Below, piece after piece: positions 51,105-62,689 of a stretch of 64,000 nt of DNA (within the stretch, counting starts at the first letter, position 1; each line of letters starts with the position of its first letter). The stretch is taken from NCBI RefSeq assembly GCF_006345805.1, contig NC_043002.1:18910001-18974000 (forward strand), written 5' to 3'. Below the pieces are notes generated by a model, which saw only the letters and a list, made by a program, of their open reading frames with translations, had not been told where the DNA came from and made no database searches. A program made the position numbers and the translations under genes. This DNA is from Octopus sinensis (lineage: Eukaryota).

Positions 51105-51489
51105 AATATTTTCATTGATAAATAAAAAGTAACGAAAAGGGAATAACTATGCCACCTGAGAAGTAGAATTAACAACTGGTTGTATAAAATAAATATAAAA
51201 CGAAATTATTTTAACTTTATGCATGTCAGCCTGAAAACAAGGATCTGCATCCTGGCTTTTACAAGCTTTCAGTCTGGTAAGATCAACACTGTTAATTCTT
51301 AAACTGAACTTCTGCATATTGTTGTCTGTAATGAAAAGGAGAGTAGATTCTAATAGGTTACAGTTGTCACTATAATTAACTTGGGTTTCAAGAATGAGAT
51401 ACACTAATAATGGTAAGATTAGGATGGTACACACTAATTTCCTATCATCAGTAAAATTACTTTTATATATATATATATATATATATATC

Positions 51490-51892
51490 GATATATATGT
51501 ATATAAAAGTGAGGTTGTGTGGTGTCTGTCTCCTATGATTTAGATTCCTAACTACTCCCACATTTTGCAGTGCAGTTTAACCAAAAGCGGGTATCTTATA
51601 GTCGTGATTCATATCGAGCCCTTCTGGGTATTAGCGCGCATCTACGATGAGTCTACGATTTTAAAAAAATTTACCATAATTTTTTTCCCATTTTTAATGC
51701 ATTTTTTTGCTATTATATAAGGGAAGTAACTCTCTAAAAATTTATTATTAAATCTCAGAACGTAAAAAGCTACAGTAACCCCCCCCCCTTGTAGTTAGCC
51801 ATATTGAGATGGCTATTATACTTTACATCTCTAAAAATGCTTATATAGTTATTTCCCTTACAAACCCGAGCAACGCCGGGCGATACTGCTAG
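51490..51892 (+). mobile_element. Non-autonomous Helitron
   Basis: 3' hairpin CCCG-agcaacgc-CGGG at 51865-51880 and CTAG|T, like 17311-17338; 5' end blurred by (TA)n. Confidence 0.75.
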
Positions 51893-52469
51893 TACATATA
51901 TATATATAAAAGTAGCATGTAACAGTTAATCTCTCAGTCATTTATGCACAGTATTCTAATGTAGATCTTGCTTAGGCTTTTAAGAAAGTTATAAAATTCA
52001 TATTGCAGTATTGATTCAATTTAATGTTCATTCAACTTGCTAGAAAGAGCATCCAAATTTTCTTCAAATCACACCCAACATAATTTTTAAACATATACAT
52101 TCAATATAATTCTAGATACAGAGTGTGTGGAAAATAACAAGCTGCTTCTAAGAAAGATACTTAGAGAAATATCTTGCAAAAAGTAATAGAAAGCAATGTC
52201 TATAATTGTGCACTCATATGAACCCTTTTGACCCCTTTCAGAAAATGTGTCACAGTCAGATATGGCTACTTTAAGATATTTCTATAAACCTGATTTTGAA
52301 CAATACTTACTTCGATATCCCAGATGGGGTCCTGTCAGCTACGCTTTCAACATAACTCTTTTGCTCACCAGTCTATTATTAAACACATACATTTATTAAC
52401 CCCTCCAGGGTTAATAAAATAAAGTACCAATTTTCATGGCCTTGTATCTAAATTAGAAACATTTTTTTT

Positions 52470-52777
52470 GTGTGTGTGTCCTTTTCAAGCCTAGCCAGGC
52501 TCATGGGCCCGGTTTTCCGGTTTCTGTGGTGTATATGTTCCCCCCAGCTGGACGGGACACCAGTTCATCGCAGAGTTGCTCAAGAAACAGAAAGACGGAG
52601 TGAGAGAAAGTTGGGGCGAAAGAGTACAACAGGAGTTGCCACCACCCCCTGCCAGAGCCTCATGGAGCTTTAAGTGTTTTCGTTCAATAAACACACAACG
52701 CTCAGTCTAGGAATTGAAACCTCAATCCTCCGACTGCAAGTCCGCCACCCTAACCACTGGGCCAATGCGCCTCCACA
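52470..52777 (-). mobile_element. tRNA-derived SINE (family 2 head, different tail)
   Basis: Minus strand TGGAGGCGCATTGGCCCAGTGGTTAGGG head matches 27665; 3' half differs. Confidence 0.8.
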
Positions 52778-54712
52778 GAAACAATTTTACTTTGCAGTTA
52801 ATAGCAGTAATGTAGATTAATTACGGTCAATTCAACAGGGATTGAAAACATGGTATTTAGACTGTATCTAATGCCAACCTTGTAGCTGAAAGAAATGCAA
52901 GAAATCCTTATAAATCCTCAACAAAAGCTTGAAAGGAAATTAAGCCAGAAAAGTTTATAGAACACATCAACAAAAATTCATTGGTACAGCAGACATGTTA
53001 AACAGAAGTGTAAATACTAATGATAGGACTCAAAAGAACAAACCTAGACAGGGTTTTATCTGAACTACAGTATAACTTGCATGGGTCTGGAATGGATAAT
53101 TAGCAACCACATGTAATCCTTGGATGTGGATGCATTACAAAAAATTGTGAAAATTATAGCATTCATATCATAGTAGCATGTAATATGATTAAATTCTATG
53201 GGACTCGACAAATGGTCACACAGACAACAGTGTCTAACATGGCTATTAGTTCAATGTAGAATTAATTTGGTTGATCCACTGAATAAGGCTTCTGCAGGAG
53301 AAGACTTGATCAGTTTTACTTCAATGAAAGATTTATCATAAGGGTCAGCCGTTGTTTAGTATTAATAATGAAACACTATTCTAAAATGAAGGCTCAGCTT
53401 TTTGAATTAAAGTTAACTATGAATTAGATATGTGGACACCAAAAGACATTTAGAAGACTGTGAGGCCTAGCATTTATAAATAATTAAGGATTGAATTGTA
53501 AGGTGTTTATTATTGTTGCAAGTATGTTTCCATGAGAATGAACAAAACTATGTTGTGATGTTATCATTTAAAGTTATTTTTGAAATCCTTGTTCATAGAA
53601 GTAGAGCAGATACTGTATGATGTATCTAGGATTTAAGTGGATGACAGATGTGTAAAAATATGGTTATCAAGGAGTGAATGTCAGTATTGTTGAAGGTTTG
53701 AACTGTGAATTGTTTTAAAATAACTTACTCAAAACCTGTAGAACAATACCCATGATCTTTCTCAGGGTCATCATGACTAGTTAGAGAACAACTTCCTCCA
53801 AGTGGACTCTAGGCCCAAGTGCTTGCAAAAGAATGTACTCTGCTGCAGGTGCACAAAGGCCAGGAGCAATAAATTCATTATCATCCAAGGGTAGTTATAG
53901 TCATTTTACTGGACTTTCACAGTTTCTCCCTCAAATTTCATTGACAATGTTTCAGTCAATCCAAGGTTATGATAGGAGACACTAACCCAGAGTGCAATGC
54001 AGTGAGACTGAAACTGACACCTCATAGTTGTCAAGCAAACTTCTTGAGTGAGTCAAAACCAGATGGGAATGATACAGCTATTTCTGCAGCTCACTATGAG
54101 TGATTAGACACAATACTGTGTTGTAACTGTGTTTGTATTTCTGTTCTGTTCAGTCAATTAAGAACACAGTAGAGTTTATTGGATATGGGGCAAGGAGAGG
54201 CCTGTCAATATGTGTTGCAACGGATCATTTTAACAGGAAACATGTTGCAAAACTACTTTGTCAATTTAGATATGATCAAAGACAAGGGCAGTAAGACAGC
54301 TTTTACTTAAGTAAAATTATCTTTTAATTGAAATAGAGTAAAAGAAACAGGTCTGTTATACAATATATTTTAAAGTAAAAATACTAACAATGAGAAAGTA
54401 AGTTCAAATATGTTAGGTGTATTACAGAAGTGGTTTCTCAGATATACTGATCTGATAAAATGAAAAATTGTTGAGTTCAGCAGAGGGTAAAATAAAAGAA
54501 AAAAACAAACTATATTTTACATAGTAAGTACATAAAGTTTATTTTCATAAAAATAAAAGTTTAATATATAAATATTCCACCTCAATTATACTGGAATAAG
54601 TTTCCATTAAGTAAAAATTCCTCTACAAATGACTCGGATATTCAATTGTTTTCTCAGTGTGAATCCAATGTCTTGTTAATGAAATATTATTAAATATGTT
54701 ATTCTACAAGTG

Positions 54713-56179
54713 TCATGTTTGTAGGTTTCCACCAATATGACTGTATTTATGAACTGAAAGGTCACAGTTTCTAGAAAATGTTCTGTCACAAATATCACAT
54801 TTGTATGGTTTTTCTCCAGTATGTGAAAATTTATGACGTTTTAAAGAATCATTTCTTGAAAATGATTTCCCACAAATGTCACAATTGTATGGCTTTTCAC
54901 CGGTATGGCTATATTTATGAACTGAAAGGTCATAATTTCTGGGAAATGCTTTTCCACAAATCTCGCATTTGTATGGTTTCTCTTCAGAATGAGTATATTT
55001 ATGAACTTTTAACGAACTATTACTAGCAAATACTTCTCCACAAATGCTACAATGATATGGATTTTCACCAGTATGCAAATATTTATGAACTGAAAGATCA
55101 CAATTTCTAGAAAAGGCTTTCCCACAAATATCACATTTATATGGTTTTTCACCAGTGTGAGTGTATCTATGACGTTTTAAAGAATCACTTCTACAAAATC
55201 CTTTTCTACAAATACTACAATGATATGGTTTTTCATTAGTATGGCTATATTTATGAACTGAAAGATCATGGTTTCTTGGAAATGCTTTTTCGCAAATATC
55301 ACATTTGTATGGTTTTTCACCCGTATGAGTATATGTGTGAACTTTTAATGAACTCTTTCTAGAAAATGCCTCTCCACAAATATTACAATGATGCGGTTTT
55401 TTACCAGTATGTGCATATTTATGAACTGAAAGGTCTTGATTTCTGGGAAATGCTTTTCCACAAATATCACATTTATATGGTTTTTCACCAGTATGAGTGT
55501 ATTTGTGAACTTTTAATGAACTATTTCTAGAAAATGCTTTCCCACAGATATTACAGCAAAATGGCTTTTCATCAGTATGAATACATTTGTGCACCGAAAG
55601 GTCACAGTTCCTAGAAAATTTTTTCCCACAAATTTCACAGCGATGTCGTTTCTCACCAGTATGAATACGTTTATGTCCGGCCAAGTTACTGTAAAATGAA
55701 AATGCCAACCCACAAATTTCACAAATATAAGGTTTATTTCCTGTATGGAGAATCTGATGGCTTGATAAACCAAATGCTGTTGTAAATGATTTCCCACAAA
55801 TTTCACAGTGGTAAGGCTTTTCTCCCAGATGAACAGTACGTATATGACTCGAGAGATGACTGTTTTTGGAAAAGGATTTTCCACATATTTCACAGTGCTT
55901 GCGTTTGTTTTTCACATGAACATCCTGCTTATGAGATGATAACTCACTACTTTGAGCAAATGCTTCCCCACAATCTTCACATGGGTAAGGTCTTTCTCCT
56001 GAATGAATGAGTTTATGAGCATTTAATTCTTCACCAGTAGAAAGAACTTTCCTACAAAACTCACAATAGTAATACGTTCCCTTGATCTTAACACATTCAT
56101 CTGCAGGCAGAAGATTCTTTTGAGAAACTGTTTTCACATAAACTTCACATTTGTATAGTTTCTCTGGTGTTTGAACCAT
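54713..56179 (-). CDS. C2H2 zinc-finger protein D, 16 fingers, 488 aa
   Basis: ATG at 56179; acceptor CATTTCAG|G at 56501-56503; TGEKPY-linked array. Confidence 0.93.
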   Translation of the reverse strand: MVQTPEKLYKCEVYVKTVSQKNLLPADECVKIKGTYYYCEFCRKVLSTGEELNAHKLIHSGERPYPCEDCGEAFAQSSELSSHKQDVHVKNKRKHCEICGKSFSKNSHLSSHIRTVHLGEKPYHCEICGKSFTTAFGLSSHQILHTGNKPYICEICGLAFSFYSNLAGHKRIHTGEKRHRCEICGKKFSRNCDLSVHKCIHTDEKPFCCNICGKAFSRNSSLKVHKYTHTGEKPYKCDICGKAFPRNQDLSVHKYAHTGKKPHHCNICGEAFSRKSSLKVHTYTHTGEKPYKCDICEKAFPRNHDLSVHKYSHTNEKPYHCSICRKGFCRSDSLKRHRYTHTGEKPYKCDICGKAFSRNCDLSVHKYLHTGENPYHCSICGEVFASNSSLKVHKYTHSEEKPYKCEICGKAFPRNYDLSVHKYSHTGEKPYNCDICGKSFSRNDSLKRHKFSHTGEKPYKCDICDRTFSRNCDLSVHKYSHIGGNLQT

Positions 56180-56759
56180 TTTGTGAAATCTGACACACTT
56201 TCAGAAAATTACAGTGTATTATCGTTGAAATATGAACATATTTACAACAGAAAACAAAAAACAAATAAAAGACAGTCTTCAATGACGTAATTGTAATATT
56301 TTGCAGATAGCTTAATTGCAATATGTTGTGTTCTTTTAAGGTGTAATCGTGGTTACTCTTATTTTAATAATTTGATTGGTAAACAACATTGTTATATTGT
56401 TGTCATTTACACTGATAAATATCACATTCTGATTATTTTCACCAACATTGTAAAATTACAAAGTCCTCTGGTGCAAAACTGTCCAACATTAAAGTATAAC
56501 CTGAAATGGAAGAAAACAAATATTAGTTCCTGCTCAACAAAAAGCTCTAACAGTGATAATTTACTTGTACAAGTGATGTTCTTCTGGAAGAAGACCAATG
56601 TAAACACATCACAGGAGGTAGGACTACACAACTGAGATGTTATGTGATCAAGCAACACAAGAGTATGATGTAATACACTCCAGTCTAAGTTATACTACTA
56701 GGGAAATTTATAATATGATGATGATACATTGTTTCATAGGGCTTAAAAGCTGAACTCAT

Positions 56760-57700
56760 AATTTTCAGAAAAATGAATATTTTTGAATGAAATTTTCAAC
56801 AAATATACTTCAGTTAGTGCAGATTCCGGTTATGTCAGAATTTGTTGGAAAATTTTTTTCTGACGTTGGGGGAAAAGAGTTTCAGAAAATTCATACGAGT
56901 TGGCTTTGTTTCCTCATAACTTTCAGAAAAATGAGTATTTTTTTAATGAAATTTCTACAAAGCTTTTCAGATGGTGTAGATTAGGACTATATTTGAATAT
57001 AATGAGCAAAAAATAAACAGACACATATCCCAATTTTTTCGAAATTTCAAGTTTCATTTCGTAGGTATATGTGAGGTATCAAAATGGTATGCACATTTTA
57101 TTCAACTGATATATATATATCATAATAAACACTGTCTGGAAGGGATCTGTAGAAAATATCATAAAAAGAATAACCATTTTGTTAAGTTTCCAGATGAATC
57201 ATTCAGCCGATAAGCTATTATTTCAAAGTTAGGCATATCTACACAATTACACCCACCACCACTGTCAGAGTTTGTTTTCTCATAACTTTCACAAAATGGG
57301 TATTTTTAATGAAACTATTTACAAATTTTCAACTTTTCAGATGATGTAGATTATGATTATATCGGAATTCAATGTGGCAAAAAAAAAAAAAAAAAAGAAA
57401 TGGTGGGCGTGCACACCTACAAACTGACAGTTTACAATTATAGCTACAAAAGGAAATTTGAAATTCTGAAAAAATTGTAATGTGTGTCAGTATGTATGTG
57501 CTGCACCCACCTTATATTTTTGTTTTGTCTTTGTTTTGTTTTTTTTTTTTGTTTTTTTCTCCATAACGAACTCCCATACAATCAGAATCTACAGTGTTTG
57601 AAAGGAAATTGTACAAAATTTCGTTTAAACGAATTTATTTTCCTGAAAGTTATGAAGAAACAAAATCGGGGTGGGGTACACACACTTGTGTAGGTATGCA
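56760..57700. repeat. Foldback-like element built from ~100-bp modules
   Basis: Module TTTGTTTCCTCATAACTTTC..GTAGATT..ATCGGAATT occurs in both orientations. Confidence 0.5.
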
Positions 57701-58510
57701 CATCCATATTACTTCAATGTGATATTATCTGTTGAGATTTACTTCTCTCAAGTACATTTAGTTGGTAAACTAATAACATTAACAACAACGTTTAATTACA
57801 CCATCAAAGCACCAATTAAATCATTTAATATCATTTTAATCAGTTGATATCATTTTAGATCGCAATAACAAAAAATGAAAGTAAAATCGAAATAAAAGTG
57901 AAACCAGGAAGTTCAACAATGGATCAAGAAGGAAATGAAAGCAATCGAAAGTAGGAAATTGAATATTATTACGTAGCATGAAAAATGCATATATTTAAAT
58001 AAATATATTGATTTCAAATAGACGAATACGATTCGTGAACACTTTCATAATAACTGAACTCCGCCCTCCATAAGTGTTTCGTGCTGGTAGAATGTGAACC
58101 ATCCCCTCTTCGGCACAATGTTTTCTGATAACTATCTGGAAAATGCATATTTTTAAATATTTTCCAGAGATGCATTTTAAGTGGTATAGATTCGGGTTAT
58201 ACCAGAATTTGTTGTAAAAAAGGTTTTTCGAGCGGGTGGACAGGAGTTTCGGATATTTTATACCCTTCGATTTGTTTCCTCATAACTTTCTGAAAACTAG
58301 GCGCTCCTTCGAAATTGGTCTACTGTGTCGGTACGAGGAGACGGCATCATCCACCCTCTTTGTCAGCCTAGCCTCTTTATATCATGAAAGAAGGTTGTGT
58401 GGGTGAATGACGTCGTGTACCAATAACGAAGGGTTCCGTCCCAAAATATCACTAACAGTAAAATAGCGACTGTAATCAAACGAAACTAGTGACAATATGA
58501 CAGTAATTAC

Positions 58511-58620
58511 CTTATCAGAACAACGTCTTCTTTCTCTTCATTCAACACTGTAAAAAGTAAAACAAACAAATCAATATATTCATCACAAGTTGAATTAAGA
58601 CATTTAGGATATTTCATCCA
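58511..58620 (-). other. Non-coding exon 1 of ZNF D (approximate)
   Basis: AAG|GTAATT donor at 58510; TTCATTCAAC.CTGTA block shared with ZNF A. Confidence 0.6.
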
Positions 58621-58680
58621 ACCCACAAATTCGTGTGCCTGTATACAACATGTGCATGCATGAGCAATGATAAATATAAA

Positions 58681-58746
58681 GTGGCGCCTCTAGTGGTTAC
58701 ACTTAGGAAAATATGAATGAAGAGTGACTTCCCTTCATTTTAAGGG
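58681..58746 (-). promoter_or_regulatory. Conserved ZNF upstream module, copy D
   Basis: GTGGCGCCTCTAGTGG and, 36 bp on, ATGAAGAGTGACTTCCCTTCATTTTAAGGG. Confidence 0.75.
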
Positions 58747-59659
58747 AACTTTTTAAGAATTGAATCTTAAGCAAGACTTTTAGCTCCAAGTAATTTAGGT
58801 CAGCGGGTCTCTAACTGACAAATACTAGCAGCCACCCATATTACTGAAATGTTTACCCATCCCCTTTTTTAAATGAGTTTTAATGTCAATTTTTATTACT
58901 ATTCTATGGTGTTGAAGTTTTAAGCCATGGCAATTTGTTCTCTTTTCACTTGTCACAGCCACCTCCCCCGAACTTTATAGAAAACAGCTTTAGGGTTATC
59001 TTGCCAGTTTCACATTCTTCTTTAGTGTTTCATGTGTGTGAATATACGTTAGACAGGCTGGAAACCTGCTGATCAAATTATTGGTTGTATTAAATAATAT
59101 ACACACACTCGATGGAGACGAATTTAGTAAATTTCAATTTTGGTCTAAAGAATTTAAACAACAAAGTTCTGGAAATATTTACATAGCAGATGGACATCAA
59201 AGTAGTCCATCGTTTTTAATAATCTACGAATGAAAATCTAGCTAGTTAAACATTCTATTTTTATAATCGCAATTACGTGATCTAATCATATTTCATGGGC
59301 AAATTACTAGCTGTCATGCACATGTATCTTGTAGACATCATTAGCTGTCATGCACATGTAGTATCTTGTCTTCTATCGGATGGTATAAGGGTTGCTCTGC
59401 AGATTCCTTCTTTAAAAGGTAGGATAAATTTCTTTCTCATAATAAATTTAGCTGCCCGATTTTATGTAGTTTAAATATTACAATGTGGCAGTGTGTAATA
59501 AATCTTTTCATTTCTCATACAGGGTTCATTCATACAATTTACTCTTCATGATATTCGATATTTTTTTGTCAGGACCCGGTATTATATTCTCTTGAACACA
59601 GAACCTGATATAAATAAATAAATAAAACTAATTAAGGATGCTTTTTTTTTTTTTTTCTT

Positions 59660-59865
59660 AGTCGGTAAGCTAGTAGAATCGTTAGCACGTCGGACAAACA
59701 GCACTTCTTTCAGTTTTTTATGTCCCGAGTTCAAATCCAACCAAGGTCAGCTTTGCCTTTCATCCCCGTGGGGTCGTTAAAATAAAGTACCACTCGAACA
59801 CTGAGGTCGATATAATCCACTTCACCCTTTCCCTAAAATTTACTGGCCTTGAACGGAGCAGCATC
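59660..59865 (+). mobile_element. SINE family 3
   Basis: GGTAAGCTAGTAGAATCGTTAGCACG..GAGTTCAAATCC. Confidence 0.75.
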
Positions 59866-59911
59866 CCGTTCAAGGAGGACGTTGTGATTTCGGTTACTTC
59901 TATAATAATAA

Positions 59912-60238
59912 TTTTCGATTCCCAGACCGGGCGTTGTGAGTGTTTATTGAGCGAAAACACCTAAAGCTCCACGAGGCTCCAGCAGGGATGGTGGTGATCC
60001 CTGCTGTACTCTTTCATCCCAACTTTCTCTCACTCTTACTTCCTGTTTCTGTTGTACCTGTATTTCAAAGGGCCGGCCTTGTCACTCTCTGTGTCACGCT
60101 GAATATCCCCGAGAACTACGTTAAGGGTACACGTGTCTGTGGAGTGCTCAGCCACTTACACGTTAATTTCACGAGCAGGCTGTTCCGTTGATCGGATCAA
60201 CCGGAACCCTCGTCGTCGTAACCGACGGAGTGCTTCCC
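59912..60238 (+). mobile_element. 5'-truncated SINE family 2
   Basis: Aligns with 27720-27960. Confidence 0.85.
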
Positions 60239-60501
60239 ATAATAATAATGAAATTATTGTGTATAGTGCTCAGGTGCACTACAACTCATCAAAGGTGCAT
60301 GTATAGTACATAGAATTATGTACAAATGCCAGGAAAGGGAACAGTGTATGAGTCATGATATACACGTGTGCATGCGTATGGAAGGGGAGATATCAGGTGT
60401 AGTGTTAGCGAATTTCAGGAAGCATGGAGGTTTTAAAGGAAGAAATGTCTCGGCAGGTAACAATTGATGCAGGTTAGTTTGTTCCATGCTTCAGCAACTC
60501 T
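60239..60501 (-). mobile_element. CR1-type LINE 3' fragment
   Basis: Shares diagnostic variants with 38432-38985. Confidence 0.85.
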
Positions 60502-60759
60502 GCAAACACATTACAATGATTATTTAGAAAACATTATTAGCATCGGTTCTCCCCAACTTTCTTGCCCTGTGCCTATGTTTGAAGCCATTATTATTTAGGG
60601 TGGTGGATTGACAGAATTTCTTTCTGAGTTCAAATCTCACCGAGATGAATTTTGTCTTACAGCCTTTCGGAGTCGATAAAATGAGTACCAGTCAAGTACT
60701 GGCTCCCCACCACCTCTTCCAAAATTGCTGGCCTAAATAAGAAACAATAATTACTAATT

Positions 60760-61160
60760 AGGCGAGAAAGATATACCATAATATACATCTGGAAGATCCT
60801 AGAAGGACTTGTCCCAAACTTTGGCATCGAGAGTTACACAAATGCCAGAACTGGGCGCCACTGCATAGTGCCAAGGCGAGGCCCACAGCTCTTCAATATC
60901 CTCCCGAAGAACCTAAGAGACCTGCATGGGGTCGATGCAGATGTCTTTAAAATGAAACTGGATCTCTTCTTGTCAGGTATCCCAGATGAACCAACTTCAC
61001 GGCAGGAGGTGCAGATTAGGGCAGCTGCATCGAACTCTCTCATGCACCAAATGGCAATTGCTAAAAAGCAATCGTGAAGTAGAATCATGTAGCAACACCA
61101 AATGGCGGTGCCCCAGCATGGCCACAGCTTGTGAGCTGAAACTAGATAAATAAAAAAAAA
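60760..61160 (+). mobile_element. Second CR1/L2-group LINE, 3' end with 3' UTR and A-rich tail
   Basis: RRERYTIIYIWKILEGLVPN..GPQLFNILP..FKMKLDLFL..IPDEP..RAAASNSL*; tail GGCGGTGCCCCAGCATGGCCACAG..TGAAAC..A-run. Confidence 0.8.
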
Positions 61161-62689
61161 AATTTTTTTTATTATTTTCGCAAATTTTATTTCTATGTGC
61201 CTTTTTCTTTTCTTTTCTTTTTTTTTTTCTGATCGGCCTCAATTGAGCGGACCCATGATCAAAGTCATTTGTGATCATTTTGATCTTCTATCCATTGTAC
61301 GAATACTATATCAACAGTTTCATTATCCAATGCAGTCTACCTTCGTACCTTTACCAGCGGTGCGATATGATTTGTGTGAGACATTCTGGCTACTGTTTTT
61401 TTAACAAGTTGAACAAACATAGATGCTGGGCTGGAAAATGTAAATTATAATTTGCATTTATTTATCTTTTTTTGAAGATCGTAAATGTATCAGTTGTCTT
61501 AGTCGCAATTGAAATCTGTCAGTAAGTTAATTAACTGGCAATAAAGCTGTCAGTACCACCACCCTCCAACTCCATTCCCATCTCTGTATATAAGTGACTG
61601 ACTGTGTGCAGTAGTCATTAGCTGCAGGAATGATCAGTCGACACCAACAATAAACAGTTTGAGCAGACGGATATCCCTAATAACGAAAATTAATGCAGCC
61701 CTAAAGAAGCTTGTACCGTATGCTGAAACTACCAACATATGAAATAGTAACTGTTTGTCGTAACAACTGATAAATTTCAAAGTAAGCACTTTTAACTGTA
61801 ATGAATAGTTCAGTTGGGACATTAATGGGTGCTTGTTTCGATTGGTTTGGTCTGCACTTCCGCTCAGCCATAACGTGCTTTATTTTCTGATTTCGGTTTG
61901 TTTTGGGAGAAATAGAAGAATATATATGTAAATATCGATGGAGATAATGGATTTTTTAATAAAAGTGGATGTGTGTATATATTAGTAGCAACAGATAATA
62001 TACACAGATAACAAAATATACGTAAATATTAACACAAATAGAGGTGGATATAAGTGAATATTGATGGAAATAGTATAAGATATGTAAATACTAGCGACGA
62101 TATCAGATGTTTATGTTGTAACTGTTGGTAGAAATTGCGATGAAGGTGTATGTGATACGAAACCATTATTATTATTATTTCGGGGATGGTGTAAAGACAG
62201 AATCGTTTGACCTTTGGACATGTCTTGATATTTCTTCTGGCTTCAAATCCAGTTGAAGTCAACTTTGCTTTCATTCTTTCCGGGGCGATGAAATAAGTAC
62301 GAATCAAGTACAGGGTCAATGTTAAAGACTAACACCCTCACTCAAATTTCAAGCCTTATACTCATGTTAGAAATAATTATCGTTCTAGTAAATAAAAGAT
62401 TCCCTTGTTATTGCTCTTATTGTGTTTGCTTGCATAAAGATGTGTAACAAAGTACTTCGTTGTTGAGCTCTGGGACACGTCTTTTCTCTGTGAAATAAAA
62501 TAATAGCAACAAGGCAGAAGTTTTCTTCAGTCATATCGCTTTGACGACATCTCGTAAGGTACAAGCACAAAGTGAACATCTGGAAAACAGCTAAATTTTC
62601 ACCTGAACTACTAAGACCCGTTGTGCTTACTTTATTTTATCGGTATGTCTACACAAGTGTGCCCTCCCACCCATCGACTTTGTTTCCTC

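Noticed and set aside
58681-58698. Canonical CTCF site call for the promoter module
   Set aside because: The three copies with a recognisable match (A, C, D) are one base shorter than CCACYAGRKGGCGC, and B is more diverged. Reported only as a resemblance.
61634-61822. Possible piggyBac transposase C-terminal relic (KQLLFHMLVVSAY)
   Set aside because: A single weak motif with no TIR or catalytic residues.
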